Positions 1 through 11,000 of a stretch of 64,000 nucleotides of DNA are shown here, piece after piece; position 1 is the stretch's first letter, and every line of letters begins with the position of its first letter. The stretch is from NCBI RefSeq assembly GCF_028641065.1, contig NC_073385.1:45074001-45138000 (forward strand), written 5' to 3'. The notes under the pieces were generated by a model. That model did not search any database. It had not been told where the DNA came from and was given only the letters and a program-made list of their open reading frames with translations. Both the position numbers and the translations under genes were made by a program. Source of the stretch: Leucoraja erinacea. Taxonomy: Eukaryota.

Positions 1-99
1 GCAACACGCAGAGAAAGTAAATTCTGCAAAGTTGGATTTGGCAGCTGGTATCATTTAATAAAAAGTATTTTCATGAAATCCCAAGCCTTTGACTAAGAT

Positions 100-1668
100 A
101 TTGATAAATTTAGTAGGATTCTTTATTCTCTCCGTGAGTGTTGGTGTACAAAACGCTGTAGAACACTTAGAATTATTTTTTTTTGTACAGAAGATACCCT
201 GTTTATATATTATATAAACCCTCTTAAATACGCCACAGGTTTCTTTCAAATGAACCTAGGTTTCCCAGTTGCTGTTCTACAGAAAGGAAATAAATGTTTC
301 CTTCTTTTAAATCGAACAGTGGCCATGTCTGAACAAGTGGCAAACATATTTTTCAAATATGACCATTTTCTGGGATTAAACATAAAATAAAAACCACATC
401 AACTGCTTGCGAGCAGCAGCAGCAAATAATGTGAAACCGTACAGGACTGAATGAACCCAACATTATATTAAAAACAAAAACAAGGAGTCCTGTAAATGCA
501 GACACTTCTGGTAGAGTCCATTGGAAAGCCTCGATAATGGTGAAGTCATTACAGGTGTGTTATCAAACAGAAAAAAAAAATCTAAAAATGAAATATTTAT
601 TACGGCATTTGTGACTGAACACCTTTTAAACATACGTCACAGTCTTCATACAAGTACTTATGTCATCTGACAAAGCTCGCAAGGGTAACAGCATTTTCTT
701 CTAGTGACACGTGCTGATAAAAGTAAGGAATTCATTGACATACAATACCAATTCCACAGCAGATTTGATACTAGCAAAACATTCGTTATTTCTCATTGAG
801 GTAAACACATAGATATCTAACATGTAACAATTAATATACTGAACTCTCTGTACCAAGTATGTTACAGTATTTTTTTTGTTGTCTTTGCTTGTTCCAAGCA
901 GTTTGAGTTCATTTAAAAAGGTCTTTCTTTTGGTGCAAGACCAGCTAAAGGATATTTCATTTAAGAAAATTCCACCCAAGAGCATTCTGAATAGTTCGTG
1001 TGACAACATTTTCTCAATGCTGTGACCCACAGCCATAGGAGGAAGCCGCTACTTCATCTTCAGGGGTTCATCGAACAAGCTCTTTGAGGAAGAGTCAGTC
1101 CAGAACATAATCAGACACAGGCCATTCATTTGGATTGAGCGGGCCTTATTTGATCCAGTAAAAATCAGTTATATGAGTGCATTCTCAAAACTTGTCACCT
1201 AGTGCTGCATCCAAAAAATCTCTTACGGATCTTCACTTTAGCTTCTTCCTCTATGGCAGCTTGGCTGGACTTGGGCAATCTGGTCGGAAACATGACTCCA
1301 TTTGCTGTACGAGGACAACCATTTTGGGAACAACACACATAGTGTGGAAAAAGGATAACTTTCTTTCTAAAAACTATTGGAAGCAACAGAAATAGAGTGA
1401 TCAACAGAAATGTACAAGTTTAACTTAGTTCCTATATTTATGCTACAGTAGTAATAAATCTTTCAGTCTTTTCCAGAGGAACTTTACATCGGAGATAAGT
1501 TCGGGTGAAGAATGCCTTTGGCTTCACGTCAGCCTTGGCCTGTCATTGGTCCTCTGTCGACGTTGAGAGAAAACAAAATCACAGCTCATCTGGAATTCCA
1601 TTAAGTGTCAACATCTGTTGAAAGGTTAAAGTCTTACATTTGTGGTTTTCTTTTTTTATTCCCTTATA
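100..1668 (-). other. MEIS2: MEIS2 3' UTR (distal end approximate)
   Basis: TE-free, AT-rich sequence directly after the TAG stop at 1669-1671, containing candidate poly(A) signals. Confidence 0.65.
122..127 (-). terminator. Candidate distal polyadenylation signal (AATAAA) of MEIS2
   Basis: Plus-strand tttatt at 122-127 reads AATAAA on minus. Alternatives are ATTAAA at 54-59 and AATAAA at 596-601. The site actually used cannot be determined from sequence. Confidence 0.45.
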
Positions 1669-1955
1669 CTATTGGGCATGAATGTCCATAACTTGCCCCC
1701 CCACACTGGGGTCTACAGGATTTAACATTGTGGGGCTCTGTGCTGACATTGGCATTCCAGGGTGAGGTGGGGGTCCACCATGCATCATCATGGCCGGGTG
1801 ATGTGGGTGACTTGGGAGATAGGGATGCATTGGGGGTCCATGTCTTAACTGGGCAGGGTGTGGGGTCATCTGGGGAGGAGTGTAACTTGGCTGTGCCATA
1901 CTCATACCCATAGGACCACCCTGAGATACATAGTCCCCTGGCATGCCTTGTAAAC
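1669..1955 (-). CDS. MEIS2: MEIS2 terminal coding exon (long C-terminal activation domain)
   Basis: Acceptor TTTTCAG|GT at 1956/1955. Encodes (G)LQGMPGDYVSQGGPMGMSMAQPSYTPPQMTPHPAQLRHGPPMH...VGGQVMDIHAQ-TAG. The residues GDYVSQ, MAQPSYTPPQMTPHP and SAQSPTMLN fit MEIS2 rather than MEIS1. Confidence 0.96.
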
Positions 1956-4253
1956 CTGAAAAGACAAGAATAAACAAACACAATGTGTTAACATTAAGAA
2001 ATAATTCTGCAAAAGCATATCCTTATGTCTCATTACTGGTTATTTGTACATGTCTCGACACATCATCTCTATACGCATTGGATTGCAGTAATATTGATGT
2101 ATTACGTATCACTGTATTACATAATCGCATGTGTTTTATAATAATAAATCACACTGGACAAGTCAAAATGATTAATTTAATCACCATGTGTTCAATTTTA
2201 CTCATGGGTCACAGGTTCATGAAAGAATGGAGGATCAAGTTTCGGGCAGAAAAAATACAGGAAACAATAGAAAAAGTGAAAATTAAGTAGAACCAGAGAA
2301 GATGTTATTAAAAGGAACACGGCAAGTGGTCAGGAAGGCATCAATGTGAAGAAAATCTCTTGCACGGGATCTCTCTTTTTCGTACATGCAATGTCTCCTA
2401 ATTGTTTTTTAAAATTTCTTTTTAGGAAATTCGGTGAAATTATTTCATTGCATTATTTGAAATGTTTCAGGTGGAGTTGTGTATTATGATCAGACTGCCG
2501 CTACAGATCTAGCTTTGCAGCGCCAAGGAAGTTGGGGAGAGGGTCAAACCTGAGAGCGTGGGATGTGGGCATAAGTGAGAACGATCTGTCAGTAAATGTC
2601 AATCAGATCATAGTATCCGTTCATCTTGCTAGAATTAATTTTAATATAAAATGGCTATCAATATAATGTCTAAACCACAGGATATCAACTTTACCTCTAT
2701 TCATCCACTTGAATTTGCCAATAGAATTGCATGCAGATGGTGTTTATACCATAAACTGGTAAATGAAGTCCTATAAATTGTTGCCATTGTGTTAAGTGAT
2801 TCTGCAGATTATTAGTAACCATGCTGGCATAACCATACTGAGACAATAATACAGTCTGCACCGTGTAATAAGTCCCACTCAGTCCTGTTTATTCCAGCAC
2901 AGCAGCATGCTCACTGGTTGATGATAATTAAGTACCAAATATACCATATTGTCTGGCTGCATAATCAAATAAAGGGAGGATAATATTGTTAGTATTAAGC
3001 CATTAATGTAATTGGTTATGAAGCATAAAATATGTTATGTAATTAAATAGGCCAGAAATTATATGGCCTACATTAAGAATTACCCAAGCTGAGAAAATGC
3101 TGTTTCAAATACTGTTTTAGGGAACGTTTGTTTTTAACGTTCCATTTTGACTGCATTATAGAAATACTGTAAGAAGAAGGAAGGAAACTGACTGTAGCTG
3201 GTGCATCGTGGTAACCCCCGCAAAGATCATACGTGAAACTATAAGATCGTATTTTATATAACCTGAAACAATCCTGTTAGGTGACTGCAAGGAAAGTCAT
3301 TTTATTGACAGTTGAATATACAACTTACAATACAAAAAGATTGAAGGCGATTTAATAACAAAATAATCTGCCACTCTTTTTAAATGTAAGCATTCGGCTC
3401 AGTGTGTGCAAGGAGTTTCAGTTATTAAATAAACCTTATGGTCGGATGCCTCAACGATGTGATGTATTGGTGTTTGCTGTATCCGAATCCCTCAAACATC
3501 ACATGCATTGGACACACTCCATCTGATGGATTATTTAGACGGTAGCCAATCAGCTCCGCTGGCAATTCCATTCCTTCACTTGCAGTCATCTCTTAATATC
3601 TGCCACTGCTTCTTTATACAGTTTCCTGACTCTTTTTTTATATATATCTCACACAGGAGGTGATGGATATGCCTAAACGGGGGGTGGGGGGGTGGAACCT
3701 CAATGAGGAATGTGTTGTGTTACCAGTGCCATACATACATCCAGACTATAGATTGCAAACCGCAACATTTCATCTTTACATAAGATAATTCATGCATCGA
3801 TCGTTTCCTGACAGATTTATGTCACTCAAAGGACAGTCTCACTTCTTGCTTTCATCGTTTCATGAAGCCTGGTTAATTTCTCTTAAGTCAATTGGGTGCC
3901 CCGAAGATGTTTCTTTTCCCTTAAACGTCCCGATTGTTCATTCACTGCTCGCGTTTTTATTCGCCGTGCTCCATAATTAGAACAAATGGCTTTGCAGACC
4001 TCATTTGCACTGTGTATGGTAAATGAGCTAGTTGACCTTCTGCAGTTTGCGGGATAGGGTTGAATGTTCATGGGGCAAACTATTGCACTGGGCCTTTGTT
4101 GGAGCAGCATGCAAGTACGGGCAAGGCAAAAAAAAAATTGGAGGAATGGGTGGGTGGGAATTTAAAAAAAATGTAACTACAGTAATAGATAGAATAAACA
4201 GCCCGGTCGTACTTACTTCCCCGGTGCTTTGCGATTGGTAAACTAGATGAAGG

Positions 4254-4349
<96 letters not shown>

Positions 4350-4617
4350 TCAGCAAGGTCGACTATTAGATAGTGAAAGAGACCCTTAAAAAAAAATTTT
4401 TTTTTTGTATTTTAGGATCCGTGGGGTGGACAAATTCCTCACAAATCTCTTGTCTGCAAGATTTGTTTCCCCATGGGTGCAAAGAAGACAGGCAAGGCAG
4501 GCAGCAGGCAAGGAGGAACCCCCTGTGATGATAGGGCATGAGAGGACATGTGGATGGGAGGGGGAGGGGAGGTGATGACGCTACACTTAGGGTGTGGGCC
4601 AAATGCACTCAGCTTAC

Positions 4618-4728
4618 CAGCGGGCCGAATTCCCATATGTTGCTGGCCATCCAATACAAAGCTTCCCATTGGTTGGCCTTCTGGACTGTACGCCGCTCCT
4701 TGGCTTACTGAAGGATCAAGAAGAAAAC
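4618..4728 (-). CDS. MEIS2: MEIS2 post-homeodomain exon with two acceptors (4728 or 4707)
   Basis: 111 nt encoding (G)[36 protein letters not shown](G). AG acceptor at 4730-4729, internal TTCAG acceptor at 4709-4708, donor GTAAGC at 4617-4612. Phase 1 at both ends matches the neighbouring exons. Confidence 0.96.
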
Positions 4729-6233
4729 CTGATTGTAGTCAAACGCGGACACAGAGGAGAAAGAAAAGACATACCAAACAATCAGCAGTTACTCCTGAAA
4801 CAGCAGACACAGTATGTTGTTGAACAAAACACATATACACGCAATTTTAAGAAATAAATCAAGCCATCGTCCACCAACCCAACGACCCCCAGATTTAAAC
4901 ATTCCCAGCCGCAACAAAACATATCAAAGGTGCGTGCAACTTTATATCGCAAAAGCAGAAAAAATGGAGTACTCCAAAGTACAATTCCTCTCTCAGTGCC
5001 TAGAAGATCTGAAAACTTATTTTGTTCAAGAATGAGGTATTCCTCTGCTTGTGCAGCCAATGTCACTTAAATTAAAGATTACTTAGTCGGGTATTGTGCC
5101 CTGATTGTCCCATGATAATTAACTGTGACTATTGGCTACACCTTCTTTAATTGCACTCTAAGCATGAAGACACCCAGCCAAACATTTAATGGATTCATTC
5201 AATCAATACTATCAAATTACATAAAACTAAGAATAGTGTTATGAACGGCATGCAATTTATGATGATTAAAAATAAATTACACAGGCAGTTCCTTAAGTCC
5301 TTAATTTATTAAATGCAGTCTGCAGTGTGGGTCTGACATTTATAGATCAGATTGATGGGATCAGGGAATTTCACAGCGAAAGGGAAGGCCATTCAGCCCA
5401 CTATGCTTGTGGCAACTCCCTATCTGTACCTCTATATCTTCATGGGTTTTCGTTTTAAGCTTTAAAGCTGTAGCTTGAGGTGACTTCTCTCAATTTAGGC
5501 AAGGAAGGTGACACTAAAAATATTTTCCAGAGCTTGAGAATAGGGGAGAAAAATGAAAAAGAAAACAGCCAAGCCTACCAGTCTCAGTTTCTTTCCAATA
5601 TGCTGTTCTTGATTGTATGTAAGTAATGATTTGGGGAAATGAAAGCATTGGGTTTTGGCAGCTATGCCTCTCCCACGCATGAAGACATGAACTCGGGCAA
5701 GGTACTCAGAAGGCACCTGTAGACCCAAATCCCAGTTAGTCAGTGCCTTCAGCAGAGTGAGAGAGGAAATGTTCCTCGCGCTAGCTAGGATTGACTGAGT
5801 TTTGTTATGCAGCACTGACAATACCCTGACAAATCAAACCAAATTTCTCTCTGGCTGTCACAAAAATCCAGACGTTAGCTCTTGCCCAAACTACTCTGTG
5901 CACACCACGGTATCATTCCTGATCCCCAAGAAGCACGTTTGACAAGTTGTACACAATTCACAGAAATAAAAAGCACTTTACATATTGAAGTAAAGCAGCG
6001 GGTGCAAATCAACATCAAATCAAAGCAGTGTGAGTGACAATAAAAGGCTTCAATAAAGCTTCTGGCAAACCAACACAGAAGCATACAACTCCATGGTCGG
6101 CACAACATGCTTGTAGATTCAATTTTGTGTATAAGCCAAATTAGAGCAAAACTGTCCCAGACTGAAATTAAACATTTTTTATCATGGGATTAACAGAATC
6201 TAAAAAGAACATAATTTTACCCTGGTTATTTCG

Positions 6234-6530
6234 TTTAGTTTAGTTTAGAGATACAGCATGGAAACAGGCTCTTCGGCCCCCCAAGTCCATGCTGTCCAGC
6301 GATCCCCGCACGCTAACATTATCCTATGCACACTAGGGACAATTTACAATTTTACTGAAGCCAATTAACCTACAAACCAGTACGTCTATGGAGTGTGGGG
6401 GGAAACCTGAGAACCCGGAGAAAACCCATGCAGGTCACTGGGAGAACGTACAAGCTACGTACACAGTACCCGTTGACAGAATCGAACCCATGCCTCTGGC
6501 GCTGTAAGGCAGCAACTCTACCGCTGAGCC
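6234..6530 (-). mobile_element. tRNA-derived SINE (HE1/V-SINE-like), near full length
   Basis: On minus: head with A/B-box-like GGCTCAGCGGTAG and GGTTCGATTC, central GGTTTCCCCCACACTCC...GTAGGTTAATTGG, tail GCTGTATCTCTAAACTAAACTAAA. Many related copies occur in the window. Confidence 0.85.
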
Positions 6531-7002
6531 TCAGTGACGCCTCAGTTAGGGGCTATGTTTTCTGCCATGCATCAAATGTGGCAATAGAGCAATAAAATGT
6601 ATGATAGGGAACACTATGCAATACTGAAGCTTACTTTTTACTTTAGAATTACTAACTGGAGCAATATGTTTCAGAGGACTTTAACAGTAATTATTTTAAG
6701 GGACCCACCGTTATTATTAACAGTAAAACAACACAGAAGCCAGGGCATAATAACAGTGTGTTTACCTAGGAGCTGTGAGCAGTTAAGAAAGGCATCAGTG
6801 GCAGAAAGACAACCAGTGATTTCTGCAGTAACGGCACCCACTCAGTAAGTTATTTGTGGTGCGAAGATATTTGCCCAATTACCCTTATTAACCAGAGATA
6901 AAAGCAGCCTTGGGAAAGTGAGGGTGGGGAATTCCAGTTGGCATCGGTTAGTGAGGTTTCTCCCTGCACCAGAATTCTGGATAGTTAGCTCTCCCAGATG
7001 GT

Positions 7003-7051
7003 GGCCTGCCTGCCTGCCTGCCTGCCTGGCCTGCCTGCCTGCCTGCCTGCC
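7003..7051. repeat. (GCCT)n microsatellite
   Basis: About 12 tandem GCCT units with one interruption. Confidence 0.95.
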
Positions 7052-7144
7052 GGGATTATTTACCAGGTGAAGGAACTCCTGATGAATAACTTGATGAAGA
7101 TTTGTGCCTGCAGGACTTGAATACAGTTACTACTTAAGACTTGC

Positions 7145-7203
7145 CTGCTCGATTGGACTGGTCGATCATGGGTTGTACTATTCTTCTCCTGGCATTAATG
7201 AAC
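7145..7203 (-). CDS. MEIS2: MEIS2 homeodomain helix 3 exon
   Basis: 59 nt: G + FINARRRIVQPMIDQSNRA + G. Acceptor CTTTTAG, donor GCAAGT. The first G completes the TG|G Trp codon begun in the 45269-45345 exon. Too short to appear in the ORF track. Confidence 0.96.
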
Positions 7204-9177
7204 CTAAAAGAAAACAGTAAAAGGGTAGATTTTACTTCTCAATTAAACAAAAACAGAGTTGCTTTCTCCCCCCACCCCCATCCCACTCATTTTGATTTGT
7301 TGAAGGCACAGAAATAAAATCAGCTGTCCGTCGTGTCATCTCTTGATTTAAAGTCCTCTTACGGTCAACCATTTTAATATATTTAGTTGCCTGAGATGGA
7401 ATGTCTGTCGGGGGCAAAGAGGCACAAACATGGTAAAAGTTCATTGCTTCAACCCGGTTGCTTTCTTCCGAGAGTGGTTGTAACACCCCTTCCAGCTGTC
7501 CATAAATGAAGACCAGGCTTTGCCACTCTCTGCTTTCACAAGGTATTGTTATGTCAGCAAGCCCATCAATTAGGTTGTCTGAAGTTTTATCACCACAGCA
7601 GCAAATAAGTGCTGGTACAGAAAGGCTCCTGCTTATTCGCAGCCCCTGCAGTTTTAGACTGTAAAGTCAAGGGGTCATTTGGAGGTTAGTGACTGGCAAC
7701 GCTGACCTTTTCAACTGAGATTTCCACACCCAGGGCACAAAAAAAAAGCAAATGCCCATCAGAACGAGGGGGGGTACTAAAAGACATGTGCTCAGAAAAA
7801 CAGACAACTTTTTTCCACGAGTCCAAACATACACTTTTGATTTTATACTGAAAGATACATCTACGCTTATATATTTTGTCATTCTGGGAAATAAAAAGGT
7901 GGAAACGTATCCGAAATGGAGATGGGGCACCATGCACTTCCATTAACGGCTTTAAAATTAATCCTCTTCTAGACAACCTACAGTTGCAGACTGTTATATA
8001 TATTTTTAAACGTTTAACAACCATTGTGCATCCAGCGCACCATCAAAGTGCCGCAGTTATGAAAAAATTGTGACAACCTTGGATTTTGTTTCTGATTTGA
8101 CAAATCATGATACAGCTTGACGGTCTGTCACTATTACCAGAAAATTACCACATTCTTGTTCTTTACAAAAAAAGCCAGATAAAAATCGTTTCATAAAAGC
8201 TATTTGAAATTAATCATTGCAGGTCTGGTTTTAATTTAGCAGTCCCGCCTCCCAGCAGAAACTGCACTCACTCCACCTCTCGAAAAAAAAACCCTCGTAT
8301 TTCTTACTATCTAAAATGTTCGCAAACTCTATGCAGGGGCCAAATGTTTGCATTTGAAATGAAGCCAAACTGCTCCACTGTCTTTTATGTCCAACTTAGT
8401 GCAAGAAACACAACTCATGCGAATGGCATGTAACAAATGTCTCATGGCTGTGGAATTGGGGGATGGGGAGTAAAAAACAAGAATGAACCAGGAGCCCAAA
8501 AAAACATGATTCCATGACTGATTTTTGATGCAAAATAGTCATAGACAAATAGCTTATTATTCTAAAGTAAACATTCTTATTTCAGAATGGACCTTCTAAC
8601 TGAATTGTAATAATCTTGCCAATGTTTTAGCAAGTGCATTATAAAATATTTTCTATCTATATACCGATATTATTGAAGAGAAGAATCCTCTATAGATTTG
8701 CATTTTATCTTGTTGTCAAAAAATGTCACCCAACACAATTACTTGTCTTGCCTAAGCTCCAGTTGAAAAGCTGCTTCAGGCATTAAAACTAGCTAAGCAA
8801 CTGAAGAAAGAGATGTTCTTCAGGGAAATAGCGAGGGTCCTTTTAACAAGCAGCGCAGATATCATTAAATCAAATCATCAGTAAACAAACATCTGTTCGA
8901 CAGTCAGAATGCACAAAGTGACCCTGTGCAGAACGAGAGTGTTTCAGTTACGATTACCAGATCCAAACGAATTCAATTTACCTCATGTTCACACTTGCCA
9001 TCAAACTGAATGGCGGTAAAGAACAAAGCAATATTAAGTTTGTGAGCAACCCCGGATATCTGCAAATATTTTTTTGACTTCAATCGATGGACTTTGAAGG
9101 CACATCTAAATGGAGATCATGTGCAAAGAAACAGATGGATCCAAACAAGCCCTCACTCTGGACATGAGGAAGATTTT

Positions 9178-9468
9178 TGAGTTTGAGTTTCATTTACTGT
9201 CACGTATGCCGAGGTACAGCGAAAAGCTTTTGTTGCATGCTAACCAGTCAGTGGAGAGACTATACATGATTACAACTGAGCCATCCACAGTGTACAGGTA
9301 CATTATAAAAGGAATAAAGTTTAGTGCAAGATAAAGTACAGTAAAGTCCGATCAAAGATAGTCGGAGGGTCTCGAATGAGGTAGATAGTAGCTCAGGACT
9401 GCTCTCTAGTTGTTGGTAGGATGGTTCAGTTGCCTGAAAACAGCTGGGGGGAAAAAATGTCCCTCAAT
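9178..9468 (-). mobile_element. Rex1/Babar-like LINE 3' end
   Basis: Homologous to 21810-22262, 24330-24700 and 34598-34960. Ends in a short tandem-repeat tail. Confidence 0.7.
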
Positions 9469-10078
9469 TTATGGGAGGTTTTGCGACAGGAATTTTCAAA
9501 TGAAAACTCTTAAACAAGGCATTTGTTTTATTTTTGGCTGGGTGGAATTGAATTGTTGGCGGTTGTTAGACTCCCAATCAAAACGTTCCAAGTCTGAAAG
9601 CTGCCTTTAAACAAGGTTGAAGTGGTTGCTCGTTCTCGATGAGGCCAGTAGATGGAGCATTTGGCAAAAGCAGGGTATTTTCATCCATGTGGGCAGAAAA
9701 AGTGGAAGAATGGACCGATCCACTACATTTTGACCAGTCACAGCAGAGCCTAGTTTAGTCCTCTCAACCCTTGTCCGCCAGCAAAGATGCTGCAAAAAAT
9801 TGCAAATGCAGACTGTGCCCAAGTTACAGCAGCATTCCCTTGCTGTGAAATGTTCGTAATCCGGACAGTTCACAGGTCGGAAAGATGGCCACGATTCGCA
9901 TTTCCACATAGCAACCCCTCGGCAACTGGCAAATCCAAGCCGCCGGTCTCCCAAAAGCTTGTCCGTACGTGAGGGCTATACTTGGGGAATCATAAGCTGA
10001 GAAGGACCTGTAGTGACGGACTGAGGAGGTAGCAGAGAGACAGACTTGGCCAACGTTCAATATAACATGAAGGTCTCG

Positions 10079-10267
10079 CAGTGGTTCTTAACCTAGGGGT
10101 CGGCACCCCCTATCGGGGTCGTTTGGGGCTTTGCCGGAGGTCATGAAGAGGACACAAATTTGTTGAGTCAATGTTTAGGAACCTAACAAAGGTACATACC
10201 ACATACCACATACCAGTATTTTGTTCACGTATGTGCGTACTGGTGCCAAAAAGGTTAAGAACCACTG
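10079..10267. mobile_element. hAT/Charlie-like MITE
   Basis: Perfect 16-bp TIRs CAGTGGTTCTTAACCT ... AGGTTAAGAACCACTG. No clean 8-bp TSD. Confidence 0.7.
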
Positions 10268-10327
10268 CACATCTCGTATGTGTATGTGACAAATAAACTT
10301 GACTTGAACTTGACTTGACTTGAGTGA

Positions 10328-10420
10328 AGGAAGGAACTGCAGATGCTGGTTTACACCGACGATAGACACAAAAAGCTAGAATAACTCAGTGGGTCAGGCA
10401 GCATCTCTGGAGAAAAGGAA
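10328..10420 (-). mobile_element. Penelope-derived terminal repeat fragment
   Basis: ggaactgcagatgctgg...aactcagtgggtcaggcagcatctctggaga is the inverse of the copy at 10870-11000. Confidence 0.65.
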
Positions 10421-10544
10421 CTGAACCACACTGGGCAGGTGCACCAGTGTCCTCTGAACAAGGGGGTGATAGGAAGTGGGAGGGGGGGAGGAGGTGGGGA
10501 GGAGTATTGGGAGGAGTATTTGAGATGAATTACAATACTTCTGA

Positions 10545-10770
10545 AACATTAGAAACTAGGTGCAGGATCAGATGAAGCGGATGCAATTGATTGAAGCGGA
10601 TCCAATGTTGATTCGGCCCTCCGAGGAGATCATTACATACTCTTCTGTACCTGCCTTCTCTCCATACCCCCTGATCCCCCTAGAAGGCAACTCCCTCTTA
10701 AATTGCAGAAATACACGGGCAGAGAGTTCCAGAGATTCACCACTCTCTGTGTGAAAAAACTCTCATCTGT
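10545..10770 (-). mobile_element. CR1 LINE 3' fragment (deleted)
   Basis: Minus frame FFTQRVVNLWNSLP, typical of the CR1 ORF2 C-terminus. Confidence 0.8.
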
Positions 10771-10869
10771 CATAGTGTGACAGAACCAGTCAGGAGGCAA
10801 GAACTGCAGAACTGCGAACAGAGAAAGGTTGCAACCAGCATAGTGTAACCTGATGCTATAAGGGTCCAG

Positions 10870-11000
10870 CAGTCTGATAAGGGTCCCAATCTGAAATGTC
10901 ACATATCCATGTTCTCCATAGAAGCTGCCTGACCTGCTGAGTTACTCCAACACTTTGTGTTCCTTTGGTGTGAACCAGCATCTGCAGTTCCTTATTTCTG
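10870..11000 (+). mobile_element. Penelope-derived terminal repeat
   Basis: ctgataagggtcccaatctgaaatgtcac...gctgcctgacctgctgagttactcc...ccagcatctgcagttcc. Confidence 0.65.

Noticed and set aside
637-643. miR-27 seed match (ACTGTGA) in the 3' UTR
   Set aside because: A single 7-mer is expected by chance among many miRNA families and conservation cannot be checked here.
1664-1981. 105-aa ORF in an alternative frame over the terminal exon
   Set aside because: No splice combination found that enters this frame. It is explained by the Pro/His/Gly codon bias of the real frame.
1956-1983. N-terminal extensions of track ORFs over real exons (e.g. MCLFILVFS; also 45346-45483)
   Set aside because: These are intronic polypyrimidine tracts upstream of AG acceptors, not coding sequence.
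9610-10015. 115-aa ORF and a possible Tigger-like end (ggacctgta)
   Set aside because: No protein similarity recognised and too degenerate to call.
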